Source: a virus (Duplodnaviria; Caudoviricetes). From it: DNA of 48,466 bases. The position numbers were made by a program, and so were the translations under genes. Positions 1 to 10,297 of this stretch are shown here, piece after piece. The stretch is taken from IMG/VR virus record IMGVR_UViG_3300020045_003608, positions 1 through 48,466 of that record; one strand, 5' to 3'. Within the stretch, counting starts at the first letter, position 1, and every line of letters begins with the position of its first letter. The notes under the pieces are model-generated. The model did not search any database and was not told the origin of the DNA. It was given only the letters and a program-made list of their open reading frames with translations.

Positions 1-7
1 AAGTGGT

Positions 8-271
8 TTAATAAGGGTCATGTAAATCATCACATTTTCTAGTGCAATTTTCAGAAATATAATTCTCAAAAGCTGATTCGTAAAGAGATTCCGATTTAGA
101 TTTAACTTCTTCACTTGATACTTTACCTTTAGCTAGTTTTAAGAGCGTTTCTTGGAATTCGTCGTCTTGAAATAATACTTCACATACGAAGTCTTCGTCA
201 AATTCGTCTCTGAGTAAGTCAATCACATAATTGTTGTGTTCATTGGGTTCTGGTTCATCAAGTAAATACAT
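8..271 (-). CDS. acidic hypothetical phage protein
   Basis: 87-aa ORF, GGAG RBS upstream, collinear with neighbours. Confidence 0.6.
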   Translation of the reverse strand: MYLLDEPEPNEHNNYVIDLLRDEFDEDFVCEVLFQDDEFQETLLKLAKGKVSSEEVKSKSESLYESAFENYISENCTRKCDDLHDPY

Positions 272-400
272 TTTATATTACTCCAAAAAGTTTCATAATC
301 CCAGCCATCAAGGCTAGTGCGGTGGTAAAGCCTAACGCGAAAGACATTTCGTTGTCAGGAAGTGTCAAATTTTTAAAATCTTTACGCAAAGTAGACATCT

Positions 401-586
401 CTAAACTCCCAATTCAGCAGGTTGATTATTGCATTTGATTGCCTGTCTGAGCTGATACATAAACTGCGTGGTACCTACTCCCATACCATTGTACTCACTA
501 TTGGCTATATACTCGCATAGTAGTTCAGCATCTCGCTCGGTTAATTCTAGTGTGAATGATTTGGTTACTTTAGTTGATACTTTCAT
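401..586 (-). CDS. hypothetical protein
   Basis: 61-aa ORF with GGAG RBS (CCGGAGAACCACAATG). Confidence 0.6.
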   Translation of the reverse strand: MKVSTKVTKSFTLELTERDAELLCEYIANSEYNGMGVGTTQFMYQLRQAIKCNNQPAELGV

Positions 587-599
587 TGTGGTTCTCCGG

Positions 600-734
600 T
601 TAGTTGTTAATTTCAGATTCTATCAGCTTAATAATGAATGCTGATAGTGTTAGGTTGTAAGACTTTGCTATTTTTGCGTAGCGTTCGTGTTGTTGCTGTG
701 TGACTCTGATGGTAAGCATTTTCGATTTCAGCAT
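600..734 (-). CDS. ribbon-helix-helix DNA-binding protein (44 aa, not in ORF track)
   Basis: Hand translation MLKSKMLTIRVTQQQHERYAKIAKSYNLTLSAFIIKLIESEINN fits the RHH strand-helix-helix pattern; AGGA RBS and promoter at 769-797. Confidence 0.65.
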   Translation of the reverse strand: MLKSKMLTIRVTQQQHERYAKIAKSYNLTLSAFIIKLIESEINN

Positions 735-768
735 TGGTTGTTTCCTGTTTGTTTGTTATGATAGAGTT

Positions 769-797
769 AGTGTACTACGTTTTATTACCCATCGCAA
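769..797 (-). promoter_or_regulatory. sigma70-like promoter with AAAACGTAG spacer motif
   Basis: TTGCGA-17 bp-TACACT on the minus strand; motif shared with 8560-8589, 21028-21056 and 37328-37356. Confidence 0.55.
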
Positions 798-804
798 GCG
801 TTAT

Positions 805-1656
805 TCACAAAATCACCATCTCGGGCGTTCTGTCCTCCCATTTTACACACTTATCCCATTTAATCTTACCTTCTAAAGTAGCAGTATACGACGTTTTGCC
901 ATCATCAAATACAATTGCTTTACCGTTGTCAGAAACCTTACAGAAATAAGATTTTAACCATACATCACCGTTGTTGCTAACTAATACAACATCGTCAATT
1001 TTAAAATCTGTATAATTACTGACTTCGATTAAATCAAAACAAGATTCCGTACATTCTGACAAAAATCGACCGCTTGTAAACCATTTTAGCAAATTGGTTT
1101 CTTGCATTAACCCATAAACAACACCGTCTTTAATTTTAAAGATTTCCACTGGCAGGTTGTTTCGCGTACGATACTTTTTATCTAAGCTGACTTGATGCAT
1201 AACTCTACCTTTCTTAAACTCATTCATAATAACCTCAGATTCGTCAACCTTAAAATCTTCATACGGGTTAATTTCTACTAACCTGCAATCTATTTCTTCA
1301 GAACATGACCAAGATTTACCATCCAAAGACCATTGAACAAATCTGTCAATACCTTTTACAAGACCTACCGCTTGCATTAATCTTAATTCAGGGTTAATCG
1401 CAATAATCTTAACATCTCGACCACATATCGTACGATATTTCTTGTCAATACATAATTCTTGTTTCATATAACTTCCTTCTAAATCATTTTTAGGATTCCA
1501 GATTTGTAAATGATAATCTGCATAAGCATTCCCATTACTAAGATGGTAAATGTAAAATAAACTACCGTCTATTATTGTTTTAACAGCTTCAATTCGAGTA
1601 ACGACACAAACTTCACCCATAACAATTACTTTGTCACCGATAATAAATTTACTCAT
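805..1656 (-). CDS. modular hypothetical protein with repeated KKYRT..G..V.I domain
   Basis: Two internal repeats (DKKYRTICGRDVKI / DKKYRTRNNLPVEI); likely start MSKFII after GGAGG. Confidence 0.6.
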   Translation of the reverse strand: MSKFIIGDKVIVMGEVCVVTRIEAVKTIIDGSLFYIYHLSNGNAYADYHLQIWNPKNDLEGSYMKQELCIDKKYRTICGRDVKIIAINPELRLMQAVGLVKGIDRFVQWSLDGKSWSCSEEIDCRLVEINPYEDFKVDESEVIMNEFKKGRVMHQVSLDKKYRTRNNLPVEIFKIKDGVVYGLMQETNLLKWFTSGRFLSECTESCFDLIEVSNYTDFKIDDVVLVSNNGDVWLKSYFCKVSDNGKAIVFDDGKTSYTATLEGKIKWDKCVKWEDRTPEMVIL

Positions 1657-1898
1657 CATCTTCCTCCAAAACAAACCGTTCGATTTCGTACTCGTTGTTT
1701 TCATCTAATTCAAAATTATATATTTCAATGTCTAAATGAGTATTTCCTACAAATCTAATGTGGGCTGATTCATCATCAAACATTCTTGCGTTAATTACTA
1801 AATAACTATCTATCTATACATAACGAATAACCTTCGCTAATATAACCGTCCGCATCTGTACGCGCTCGCAACTTACACTTAAACTCTTCAAATGTCAT
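1649..1898 (-). pseudogene. small gene broken by a 4-bp (GATA) duplication
   Basis: MTFEEFKCKL...LCID continues as SYLVINARMFDD... only if one GATA unit at about 1806-1815 is removed. Confidence 0.45.
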
Positions 1899-2305
1899 AA
1901 AACACCTCTCAAAAACACCATACTTAATTCATTATCCAATTTTGAAACACTCATCGTCCTAACTGGATTATCTCGCATCATTTGTATCACTACTGACGCA
2001 TCATACAGATATGCACCATCGTTTGCAATCTTAGTATATACCACATTACATTTATTCAACCTAACCTGTACTGATTTGCGACTGATAGCGAATTCCTCAG
2101 CTACGTCAGAAATGGACATAAATCCTTTAGGTGATTTTCTTTCGTAATTCGCTGGTAATCTGGCAATCCTAAGAATATCCTTTTTAGCGTAATAAGTAGT
2201 CCTATTAAACCTACTTACAGGCTGTAGGTTGAGCTTTCTCACTCTAAACGCTAATGTGCGCCGTGAGATGTCTGCTTGTGTAGAGGCTTCGTTTAATGAT
2301 AGCAT
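1895..2305 (-). CDS. tandem HTH DNA-binding protein (MerR/excisionase-like)
   Basis: Two HTH-like repeats: LSLNEASTQADISRRTL and MSISDVAEEFAISRKSV. Confidence 0.7.
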   Translation of the reverse strand: MLSLNEASTQADISRRTLAFRVRKLNLQPVSRFNRTTYYAKKDILRIARLPANYERKSPKGFMSISDVAEEFAISRKSVQVRLNKCNVVYTKIANDGAYLYDASVVIQMMRDNPVRTMSVSKLDNELSMVFLRGVL

Positions 2306-2325
2306 TTTGTTTACCTAATCGTTAC

Positions 2326-2353
2326 TCACTGACTAGAAATTAGCCAGTGAGTA
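2326..2353. terminator. intergenic hairpin
   Basis: TTACTCACTGACTA / TAGCCAGTGAGTAA inverted repeat downstream of the ligase. Confidence 0.45.
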
Positions 2354-2387
2354 AAGTTTAAATCTTTTGTAGTGCGGTTGTCAATGG

Positions 2388-3290
2388 TTAATTTGCACTA
2401 TCCATATCTTCAGGAATTCTGAAGCATTGAAACTGTGGGAATCGCTTTTTGTTGAGAACTCCCTTAGGAAAATGCTTGTACTTAGCTAATCTGCCAATAA
2501 TATCGCTTGGATTATCAAAATAATACTTGCGTTCCTCATGTGTCAATTTACCCGCCCCAATAGTGTCTAATTCACCCGCAGAAAGCGATTTAATAATCAT
2601 TGACCCTATCATCCCGTTCGGTATCATATTTTCTTTATGTGTACTGCGAGAAGTACCTCCTAATTCATTCACAGAGGAACAATTTCCATTATGCTGACCT
2701 TCAATCAATTCCACAATAACCCCTTCCGCATCGCAAAATCTTTTTAATCGCAAAATTTCCTGTGACTTTGTAGTAGCTCGCCCTTGCTTATATTTGCCAT
2801 TAGGGTCTCTAGTAATGATACCTTCTGCGCCTAATTCTAGGTAGTAGTTTTCCCAGTAGAGTAATTGTTCCTCATTATTCACAATATGGTATGGAACAAT
2901 TAAAATATTGTCAGGAAGATTTAATTTTTCTAAGTGAGAAATACGCTCCACATACGGTAAATCAATCGTAGTATCGGTGACGTAGTCGAAAATGTACCAT
3001 GTGTAAACTGGATCACCATCAAGCGAATTTACAGCAGAAGTAGTAGCGCGACATAAATCGTCAGCGTACGGATTAGTGCCAGCGATAACTTCCCCTTCAA
3101 ATCCACTATTTGCAGGTTTACCAAACGTAGCATTAAGATGCTTATTTCTAAAAGATTTAAAACTCCTGCCGGACAAATTTTCGTTAAAATGCAGCAATTT
3201 TACACCATCGTATTTAGGTGATACCAAGCATGGATAGCGAAGTTTTGTTAAGTCAACATCACACGGTTGGAGCGATTTAATTATTTTCAT
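2388..3290 (-). CDS. lig: ATP-dependent DNA ligase
   Basis: Motif I SPKYDG, FEGE, YIFD, AEGII, LRLKRF and C-terminal OB fold ending RFPQF. Confidence 0.92.
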   Translation of the reverse strand: MKIIKSLQPCDVDLTKLRYPCLVSPKYDGVKLLHFNENLSGRSFKSFRNKHLNATFGKPANSGFEGEVIAGTNPYADDLCRATTSAVNSLDGDPVYTWYIFDYVTDTTIDLPYVERISHLEKLNLPDNILIVPYHIVNNEEQLLYWENYYLELGAEGIITRDPNGKYKQGRATTKSQEILRLKRFCDAEGVIVELIEGQHNGNCSSVNELGGTSRSTHKENMIPNGMIGSMIIKSLSAGELDTIGAGKLTHEERKYYFDNPSDIIGRLAKYKHFPKGVLNKKRFPQFQCFRIPEDMDSAN

Positions 3291-3486
3291 CGGTAAATTC
3301 CTCGTAGTTACTTTCTGTAATTTTCAAAATTTGAGTTGTGGATAAATTCAATTCGTCAATAAGATTTGCCAGTATTCTTATAACATCTTTATTATTATCA
3401 ACAGCTTCTGTAATAATTCTCTCTGTTGTCACGTCGTAGTTTCGATACCCATTATATGAGTATATTTGTACACGGTGCAGTTTCAT
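3277..3486 (-). CDS. hypothetical protein
   Basis: 69-aa ORF overlapping the ligase start. Confidence 0.55.
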   Translation of the reverse strand: MKLHRVQIYSYNGYRNYDVTTERIITEAVDNNKDVIRILANLIDELNLSTTQILKITESNYEEFTDENN

Positions 3487-3704
3487 TTCAACCCTTTTAA
3501 CAATTTAAGTTCTGTGTATTCGTTCATTCTGAATCTCCCACACGCTCTAATTTAGCGAGTCCCATACAGACGATATAATATGTTGCGCCTTGGCGACTAA
3601 AATCAACAGCAACATTTACCATTCGATGACCTTTTTTGATTTATCATTTGCGAAATCCTCTGCCGAATGCTGTGAATCAAACCTAGCAATAATCATAGGC
3701 TTCA

Positions 3705-4409
3705 TCATGACACACGCTCAAATTTAGCAAGGAAATCGAATAGTATGCGGGTGTAAATTTCATCATCATCCAAGCTACGATAAGTTACGCAGCTAAACCA
3801 TGCGTCCCCTCCGTTTTCATAATTTTTTAATCTTCCAACTGTTTCAATCACATATTCACGGTCGTTTGCATACTTCCAAACCTGTCCGACTTCAACTTTC
3901 GGCGTTGGTTGTGGGCGTTTGACCTGCGATAATGTTTTCCAACCAATATTTGTGTCTTCTAAATCAAAATAATGTACTTTCACGGTTGCACATGTCGTGT
4001 TAGGCGGTGCATCATCCCAGTTCGGCTCAAACTGATTTGGCTGTGGGAAGGTTTTGGTTTCTAGGTAATTTTTGAAATATCTAGCATAATGCCCGTTTAA
4101 CGGTTTATTAAATACTATTAAAATTTCATCAACCTGCTCATCACTAAGCCCCACAACCGTTTCTTTTACTTCTGGTTGTGTGAAGTTTTGGGTTTCTGCC
4201 CATTCGTTGTAAGAATATACAAAATGATTAGTATTAGCGAAAGTTCTACTACTAACAAAAAAATCCCGTAACTGCTCATCACTAAGCCCCACAACAATCG
4301 GCGCAGGCTGGTTTTGCTCAAGCCACTCCATGGTTATTTCAACACGGTCATCCGTACTTCTAAACATTAAATCTTTGACTAACTCAATCACTTTTTCTTT
4401 ATCAATCAT
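3705..4409 (-). CDS. hypothetical protein with C-terminal DUF1653-like domain
   Basis: Internal repeat VVGLSDEQ x2; C-terminus VGQVWKY...VTYRS...YTR..DFLAKFERV. Confidence 0.6.
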   Translation of the reverse strand: MIDKEKVIELVKDLMFRSTDDRVEITMEWLEQNQPAPIVVGLSDEQLRDFFVSSRTFANTNHFVYSYNEWAETQNFTQPEVKETVVGLSDEQVDEILIVFNKPLNGHYARYFKNYLETKTFPQPNQFEPNWDDAPPNTTCATVKVHYFDLEDTNIGWKTLSQVKRPQPTPKVEVGQVWKYANDREYVIETVGRLKNYENGGDAWFSCVTYRSLDDDEIYTRILFDFLAKFERVS

Positions 4410-4678
4410 TTCAAATTCCTCTCAAATAATACGTCAACGCCTGACATGGCGTGTTTGTTTTTGCTTAAAGCAGACAAGAAGCGTTTAATTTTTCCCGAAT
4501 GCAACTTACTGCTAGATTTTAACTCTTGCTGAATCGTGGTATTGCGTAATAACCGAGCAATATCACAGGTCTTGATAATTCCAGCTACCTGTAATTTCTC
4601 ATCAGCAGTCATTGTGCATACCATTGCTTGCAAATGCAATGATTGTCGCAATGTTGAGATAGACTTAGCTACTTGCAT
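4406..4678 (-). CDS. hypothetical protein
   Basis: 90-aa ORF overlapping both neighbours. Confidence 0.5.
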   Translation of the reverse strand: MQVAKSISTLRQSLHLQAMVCTMTADEKLQVAGIIKTCDIARLLRNTTIQQELKSSSKLHSGKIKRFLSALSKNKHAMSGVDVLFERNLK

Positions 4679-4953
4679 AATAATTTCCTAGCCAAATGTT
4701 GTTCAGCAAACTTAGCGCGATTCTTATCGCGCCAAGCAGCACGGGTAGCTTTCGCTTTCGCAGTTTTAGCATAAGCCTCAGTATAAGGTACTTGTCTCGC
4801 GTATACTTCGGTTTTGTTACTAGTCACATATTCGCGTTGCCTTTGGTTTTTACGTTCGCTCGGTAGTGTTAGTTTACCATTAAGTCCATCTTGAGACGCT
4901 ATTGTGCGTAGAAATACATCTATCGCTTCGGGTTCGTCGTTTAGTATTATCAT
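4669..4953 (-). CDS. basic hypothetical protein
   Basis: Likely start MIILND after GGAG; R/K-rich C-terminus. Confidence 0.55.
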   Translation of the reverse strand: MIILNDEPEAIDVFLRTIASQDGLNGKLTLPSERKNQRQREYVTSNKTEVYARQVPYTEAYAKTAKAKATRAAWRDKNRAKFAEQHLARKLLCK

Positions 4954-5046
4954 TTTTCTCTCCAAAAAGTACACTGATAGAATAATTCAGCATATTACAT
5001 AAGTCAACCTAATTTCCTAAAATTTTCCAGATGTCTACATAGAGGG

Positions 5047-5748
5047 TTAATTTAACGGCATGACAGGCTGTTTCAGCGAGTTATCGGACTGTCCAGATAA
5101 CTCTTCCGTTGCGGATTCTTTATTCTTTAAGTATCTTAATTTTACAGCTTCTGATATTTTAGATTTATGTTCTTCAGATTTAGGTACACCTTTACCTTTT
5201 CCTTTACCAGAAGCTGATATTTTAGCCTTTGATTCTTCTGTGTGAGTTCTACCTTTAGACGATTCTGATATTTTAGCTTTGGTTTCTTCTGTATGTTTCA
5301 TACCTTTTCCAGCCGCTCCGATTTTAACTCTTGTTTCTTCAGATACAACTCTACCCCTATTAGCATTTCCAATCTTAGCTTTAGTTTCATCTGAGCGCGG
5401 CGTTCCAATCTTAGCCTCTGACATTTTAGCTCGCGCCTCGTCAGTGTGTACATATCCTGATACACCATCACCACCGTCTGTCATATTAGCTAACTTAACT
5501 CCACCATTGCGTAAAGCGGCTATTAACTTGACCTCTAATTCAAATGCGTGTTTCTCATTTCGACACAATATACTTCTGACGATTATATTTTCTTTTCCGT
5601 ATTTGTTTACTATATTGCAATGATGAGGATTATTTTTTCGGTGAATTTCTTTAATTCTTTTTTCATCACCCTTACCGATGTAAAACGGAGGTTGCTCTGC
5701 TAGAGAATGTGAGTAAACGTAGTAATCTTTTGGTTTATCTTTTGACAT
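5047..5748 (-). CDS. GIY-YIG homing endonuclease with NUMOD3 repeats
   Basis: YVYSH...FYIGKG..R, LANMTDGG, followed by repeated (H/S)xEETKAKIS motifs. Confidence 0.85.
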   Translation of the reverse strand: MSKDKPKDYYVYSHSLAEQPPFYIGKGDEKRIKEIHRKNNPHHCNIVNKYGKENIIVRSILCRNEKHAFELEVKLIAALRNGGVKLANMTDGGDGVSGYVHTDEARAKMSEAKIGTPRSDETKAKIGNANRGRVVSEETRVKIGAAGKGMKHTEETKAKISESSKGRTHTEESKAKISASGKGKGKGVPKSEEHKSKISEAVKLRYLKNKESATEELSGQSDNSLKQPVMPLN

Positions 5749-5885
5749 AATTTTGTAGTTCCTTAGTTAATGGATTTGTATGATAGTTAAAATACTAAAT
5801 GCAGAAACCGTTAACTAAGCGGCTTGTCGAGTTCGATGCCCTATCTGCATTTGAGTATTAAATCATACTTTAACTGAAAAGTCAA
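5749..5885 (-). promoter_or_regulatory. promoter plus class I structured leader
   Basis: TTGACT-17-TTTAAT; outer stem 5791-5805/5844-5859; loop CUUAGUUAA complementary to UUAACUAAG overlapping the RBS. Confidence 0.7.
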
Positions 5886-6029
5886 ATTTAATTATATGTC
5901 GGTGTAATTTAAAATATAAAGTTATTAAAACTATCAATTATGTTAATTGATAGTTTTAATATTCTACTATTCTACTTCGATAACTAAGATAAGCAATTAT
6001 ACTTGTTTTGCAGTACGTTTGCCAATAGC

Positions 6030-6311
6030 TTATTTATCATATAATTCGTCTAATAATACAATCTTCATAATTTCTCCTTTAGAATTAGCGTATACAGTTT
6101 TCCACAATTTTAGGAATATGTCTTCTGCGTAGATAAATTGTTGTACACAACCATCGTCTATTGAAAATTTTATTCCGTTCATAAAATCATCTTCGATAGT
6201 ATATTTTATACCTTCGTGTCTTGCAATGTAGCATAACTCGCCCATATACGACCACTCTAAATCTAACGCTAATAGCTTCTCAGCTAGGTTTCCCGCGCTA
6301 CCGCTAGGCAT
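6030..6311 (-). CDS. hypothetical protein, paralog of 6527-6817
   Basis: LAEKLLALDLEWSYMGE vs LAEKLLTLNLEWSCVGE; LWKTVY vs LWQTVH. Confidence 0.65.
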   Translation of the reverse strand: MPSGSAGNLAEKLLALDLEWSYMGELCYIARHEGIKYTIEDDFMNGIKFSIDDGCVQQFIYAEDIFLKLWKTVYANSKGEIMKIVLLDELYDK

Positions 6312-6526
6312 CTTGTCGCATGATTATCAACCTTTGCCAAAAACAATCATCAATTTCCGCATTTCCTCAGCATAATCGTCGTCCTCATCGGCACACAATG
6401 GGCTTCAAATTTAATTTGATATTCAGATTCAGTCAAGAATACTTGGTTGTCGATTGCGACGAATACGGTTTGTGTGGATTTTTGCATTTTGTTTCTCCAG
6501 TTTGGTTAGGTTTATTGCAATTAAGT

Positions 6527-6817
6527 TTACTCATCCAACAAATCCCGCAATAACATTGTTTTAGATACCTCGCCAGTAGACCTACCATGTACAGTTTGCC
6601 ACAATTCTAGTATTGGGTCGCTAAATCCAGAAGCATGAGTGTAAATTGTAATACCATCTTCGGTTACAACAGAGAGTTTCACGCCATTTCTATGGGTATC
6701 TTCAATATGACAGTCCACAGTCTTATAAGTCTTTCTATACCAGCGTTCACCGACACATGACCACTCTAAATTTAATGTTAATAGCTTCTCAGCTAGTTTT
6801 CGCATATCTTGTTGCAT
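6527..6817 (-). CDS. hypothetical protein, paralog of 6030-6311
   Basis: Same shared motifs; TTGACA...GATAAT promoter at about 6858-6887. Confidence 0.65.
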   Translation of the reverse strand: MQQDMRKLAEKLLTLNLEWSCVGERWYRKTYKTVDCHIEDTHRNGVKLSVVTEDGITIYTHASGFSDPILELWQTVHGRSTGEVSKTMLLRDLLDE

Positions 6818-6961
6818 TTTGTTGACTCTCTGGTTGGGTTAGTTAAAGTACGAGCATATTATCTACCGCTCGTACTACGTTTGTCAACAGTTATACACCT
6901 AATAATTTAAAAATGTCTACTGCGAGGGCGAGTTTTACCGCGTGGCAAGCTGAGTTGATAG

Positions 6962-7948
6962 CTAGTCATCTAAATCTTCTAATGACTCTTCCGTTGAGTT
7001 TTCTTTAGCTAACCTACGTTTCTCCCAAGCCAAAACTTGCCTAGCTCTAGTCTCCTCTGATACAGGAGGTTTATTCTTTTGAGCTACTGACATATTAGCT
7101 TTAGCTTCGGCTGATTTAGGTTTTCCTTTTTGAGCAGCTCCAATTTTAGCTTTGGTTTCTTCAGTTACTGGAGGTTTATTTTTCTGAGATTCTGACATTT
7201 TAGCGCGAGTTTCTTCTGAGCGTGTTCTACCAGTATTAGCCTCTGAAATTTTAATCCTAGTTTCTTCTGATACAACTCTGCCCATATTTGAAGCAGATAT
7301 TTTAGCACGAGTTTCCTCACTGATAGTTTTACCAATGTTTAACACTGATAGTTTAGCTTTTGTTTCTTCTGACATTGTTTTTCCTGACATCTTAGCTCTA
7401 GTTTCGTCAGATATATTTTTCCCAATCTCAGATAACTTAGCTCTTGTTTCTTCTGATACAACCTTTCCTTTATGTCCTGCTGAAATTTTAGCGCGAACTT
7501 CTTCTGAATGAGTGCGTCCTTTAGAAGCCTCCGATAACTTAGCTTTAGTTTCATCTGAAGTTACTCTAGCAGACATCTTTGCTCTCGTTTCATCAGATAT
7601 ATTTCCCGCAGCCTCAGATATTTTAGCTTTTGCTTCGTCAGAATGTTTCCAACCGCTAATACCCTCTCCTCCATCTGTAGCATTAACTAATTTCACTCCG
7701 CCATTTCTTAAAGCCTTAATCATCCTGACTTCTAAATCTAAAGCGTGCTGTTCAGAACGACAAAGCATACTTCTTACGATGATGTTTTCTTTACCATATT
7801 TATTAACGATTCGGGTGTGGTATTGATTGTGTTTTCGGTGAATTAACTTTAATCTATCTTGAGTCGCTTTTCCAACATAGAATATGCCGTGTTTTTCTGT
7901 AGAATGTGTATAAACATAAAAATCGTTTTGCTTTTTTACTTTTGACAT
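6962..7948 (-). CDS. GIY-YIG homing endonuclease with long NUMOD3 repeat tract
   Basis: Start MSKVKK after TAAGGA; YVYTH...FYVGKA, LVNATDGG; more than 10 SxETRAKxS repeats; close paralog of 5047-5748. Confidence 0.85.
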   Translation of the reverse strand: MSKVKKQNDFYVYTHSTEKHGIFYVGKATQDRLKLIHRKHNQYHTRIVNKYGKENIIVRSMLCRSEQHALDLEVRMIKALRNGGVKLVNATDGGEGISGWKHSDEAKAKISEAAGNISDETRAKMSARVTSDETKAKLSEASKGRTHSEEVRAKISAGHKGKVVSEETRAKLSEIGKNISDETRAKMSGKTMSEETKAKLSVLNIGKTISEETRAKISASNMGRVVSEETRIKISEANTGRTRSEETRAKMSESQKNKPPVTEETKAKIGAAQKGKPKSAEAKANMSVAQKNKPPVSEETRARQVLAWEKRRLAKENSTEESLEDLDD

Positions 7949-8083
7949 CTTTTTTGATTCCTTATAGTGAATAGGTAATTTGATAGTGAATGTACTAAAT
8001 GCGAGCAACCTTCACTAAAGGGCTTTCGGGAGCAAACCTAGCTCGCATTTAGATATTAAATCACATAATCACTGGAATGTCAA
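7949..8083 (-). promoter_or_regulatory. promoter plus class I structured leader
   Basis: TTGACA-17-TTTAAT; perfect 12-bp stem 7995-8006/8041-8052; loop UAGUGAA complementary to two downstream UUCACUA sites. Confidence 0.75.
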
Positions 8084-8559
8084 GATGTAATACCTAAATA
8101 AGTTAGCGATATGAATTCTCAGTCATTAGCCGCTCTGCCGAATAATTTGTTAAATAGGTTCATTTGTGTCTCCAGATAATTTAATTAACCCATCAGTAAA
8201 TTCTGACAAGCGTTCTTTATTTATGCAAAATTTAGACGTTTTCATCTTGAAACAATCTGATAAACATAAACATATTCCACCCATCAGCTACTGTAAAGGA
8301 ATACATCTCGCAGGTGTTGTTTTCAGAAAACGGATTTTTAGATTCCAAAGTATTCATTATTTATTAGACTCCATTTTTTCACCGACAAGCACAACAAATC
8401 CTTGTTTAGACGAGGCTATTTCAGAAACACCAACTGTCCATTTTAACTCAGGTTGTGTCAAACCAACTTCAGCTTCTTGGTTTAATTTCAATAATTGTTC
8501 GATAAGGTCTTTTACTTTCATGACGTTCTTCCTATGTAGTTTTATTTGTACTGCGGAAT

Positions 8560-8589
8560 AGTGTACTACGTTTTTATGCGTAGTACACT
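8560..8589. promoter_or_regulatory. palindromic copy of the CGTAGTACACT motif
   Basis: AGTGTACTACG-8 bp-CGTAGTACACT perfect 11-bp inverted repeat. Confidence 0.5.
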
Positions 8590-8767
8590 TGTTATTTAAA
8601 TAATTTTCATCTTCACAGTGGGTGCATTCATCTCAATCTAATTTGAGACCGTTGCGTGATGCCCATGAAGTTACTTTATCATCAATACCTGCAAATGATA
8701 TTTATAATCTTCGGCGTTACCACTCTTCACAACACCTTTCGACAACCCATTCATAACACTCTCCTTT

Positions 8768-8800
8768 AAAACCCACGCGGAGTTATTCTGCGTGGGTTTT
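8768..8800. terminator. bidirectional intrinsic terminator
   Basis: AAAACCCACGCGGA-GTTA-TTCTGCGTGGGTTTT. Confidence 0.65.
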
Positions 8801-8968
8801 AAGTAATTCTACATTTTTAGCTCTAAGTATACAAATCTATCACTTAATTCGATATTTCCACCTGTCTCTGAAGTATCACCAAGGAAGCTGTAAGTAGCTT
8901 CACTAATATCAACAGTTTTAATTTCAAAATCTTCTAAATATCCCATGTTCACATCCTCTTAGTTTAAA

Positions 8969-10245
8969 TTATTGAATTACAATCAGATTTGTACTTGCCC
9001 TAGACGCAGCAACGTATAAACATTTAAAAGCCACATCTTTGTCATAATTACGCAAAACATCATCAATGTCAATTAAAACATTTTTATACTGCTACCTTGA
9101 CTACTGTGAGCTGTACCAGCATAGACACATTTTACCACCGGGAAATATGCCTGCATTGTGTAGTATTCATCCCACGACTTAGCGTCGGCTAATAATTTCT
9201 TGTGGGTGTTTACAATAGCATCATCAACAGCTACATTGCAACTTAGTTTATCGCCTTCCTCAGTGATAATGTCAATGGTCACACGAGGTATCATTCCAAA
9301 CCTAGACCTGTATTCGGTAACATCACTAATGCTAGTCACAGTACCTTCATAATCAGTGTGAAGCACCACCTCATCAAAATTAGGCGATACTTCTTCCTCA
9401 AAAGAATATCTAGGTGAAGTGGCTAACGCACACAACGGTTTTCTAAACACAATCCTTTCGCCGATAGCGAACTTGGTAGTCAAGTTTGGATACAGTAGCG
9501 ATTGCACCAGAGAATTATACCGGTCAACAGTGGCATTACGATACGCAATAATCTTGGTGTTATTCACATCAGTAAACGCCTTAGCAAACATAGTAGCAGC
9601 TTGCGTCTTGGTCACAAGGTACAGATTATCGCGTAAGGGTAATGCTGGCACGGTGTAGTTTTTAGTTGCAATGCAATCTCTAATCAAATTACACCATTCT
9701 TTTACTGGAGATAACTCAGCTTGACGCATGATAGTGGTCAATTCTGCGTAATCGTCAATCAGAAACGTCTTTGAAATTACCTCACCGACGGGCGGTAACT
9801 GTCTCGAATCACCCAAATAGATAATTTGCGTGTAGGGAGCAGACTTTAATGCCTTAGCAATAAAATCATGTAACGCCGAGCCAATCATTGAACTTTCGTC
9901 AATTACAACAAGTCTATAGTCTGATAATCGACTCTTGGATGATTTAGACGCTTTGATTAGCGTATCGATACCACCTTGCGACTTTACTCGCAAGCCTAAT
10001 AAAGTGTAAATAGTACAAAACTCAATCGCATCATCAGTAATGCCCATTGACGATATGATTTTTACAGCTTTATTTGTAGTAGCTGTGAACACGATTTCAT
10101 GAGTCTCATAGTTATTAAGTAGTCGCTTGATAATGGTACTTTTTCCAGTACCAGCGGCTCCCGTAAGGGCGAATTCACGTTTGTTGGAATTGGTAAAGGC
10201 TATGATTTTATCAAGCGCGGATTGTTGTTCGGTAGTTAGTTGCAT
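8969..10245 (-). CDS. dda: Dda/RecD-like SF1B DNA helicase (frameshifted near the 3' end)
   Basis: Walker A GAAGTGKS, VIDESSM, GDSRQLPPV, AHSSQGS; motif VI (LYVAASRA) lies in the -1 frame after the T5 run at 9081-9085. Confidence 0.85.
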
Positions 10246-10297
10246 TTTCAGATTCTCCGAAAAGCGCGGTGTATTAACCGCGCTGTGTTGTTAAGGT

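Noticed and set aside
7000-7650. Tandem ~51-bp DNA repeats as a CRISPR-like array
   Set aside because: They are degenerate codons of NUMOD3 protein repeats; there are no identical repeats with unique spacers and no cas genes.
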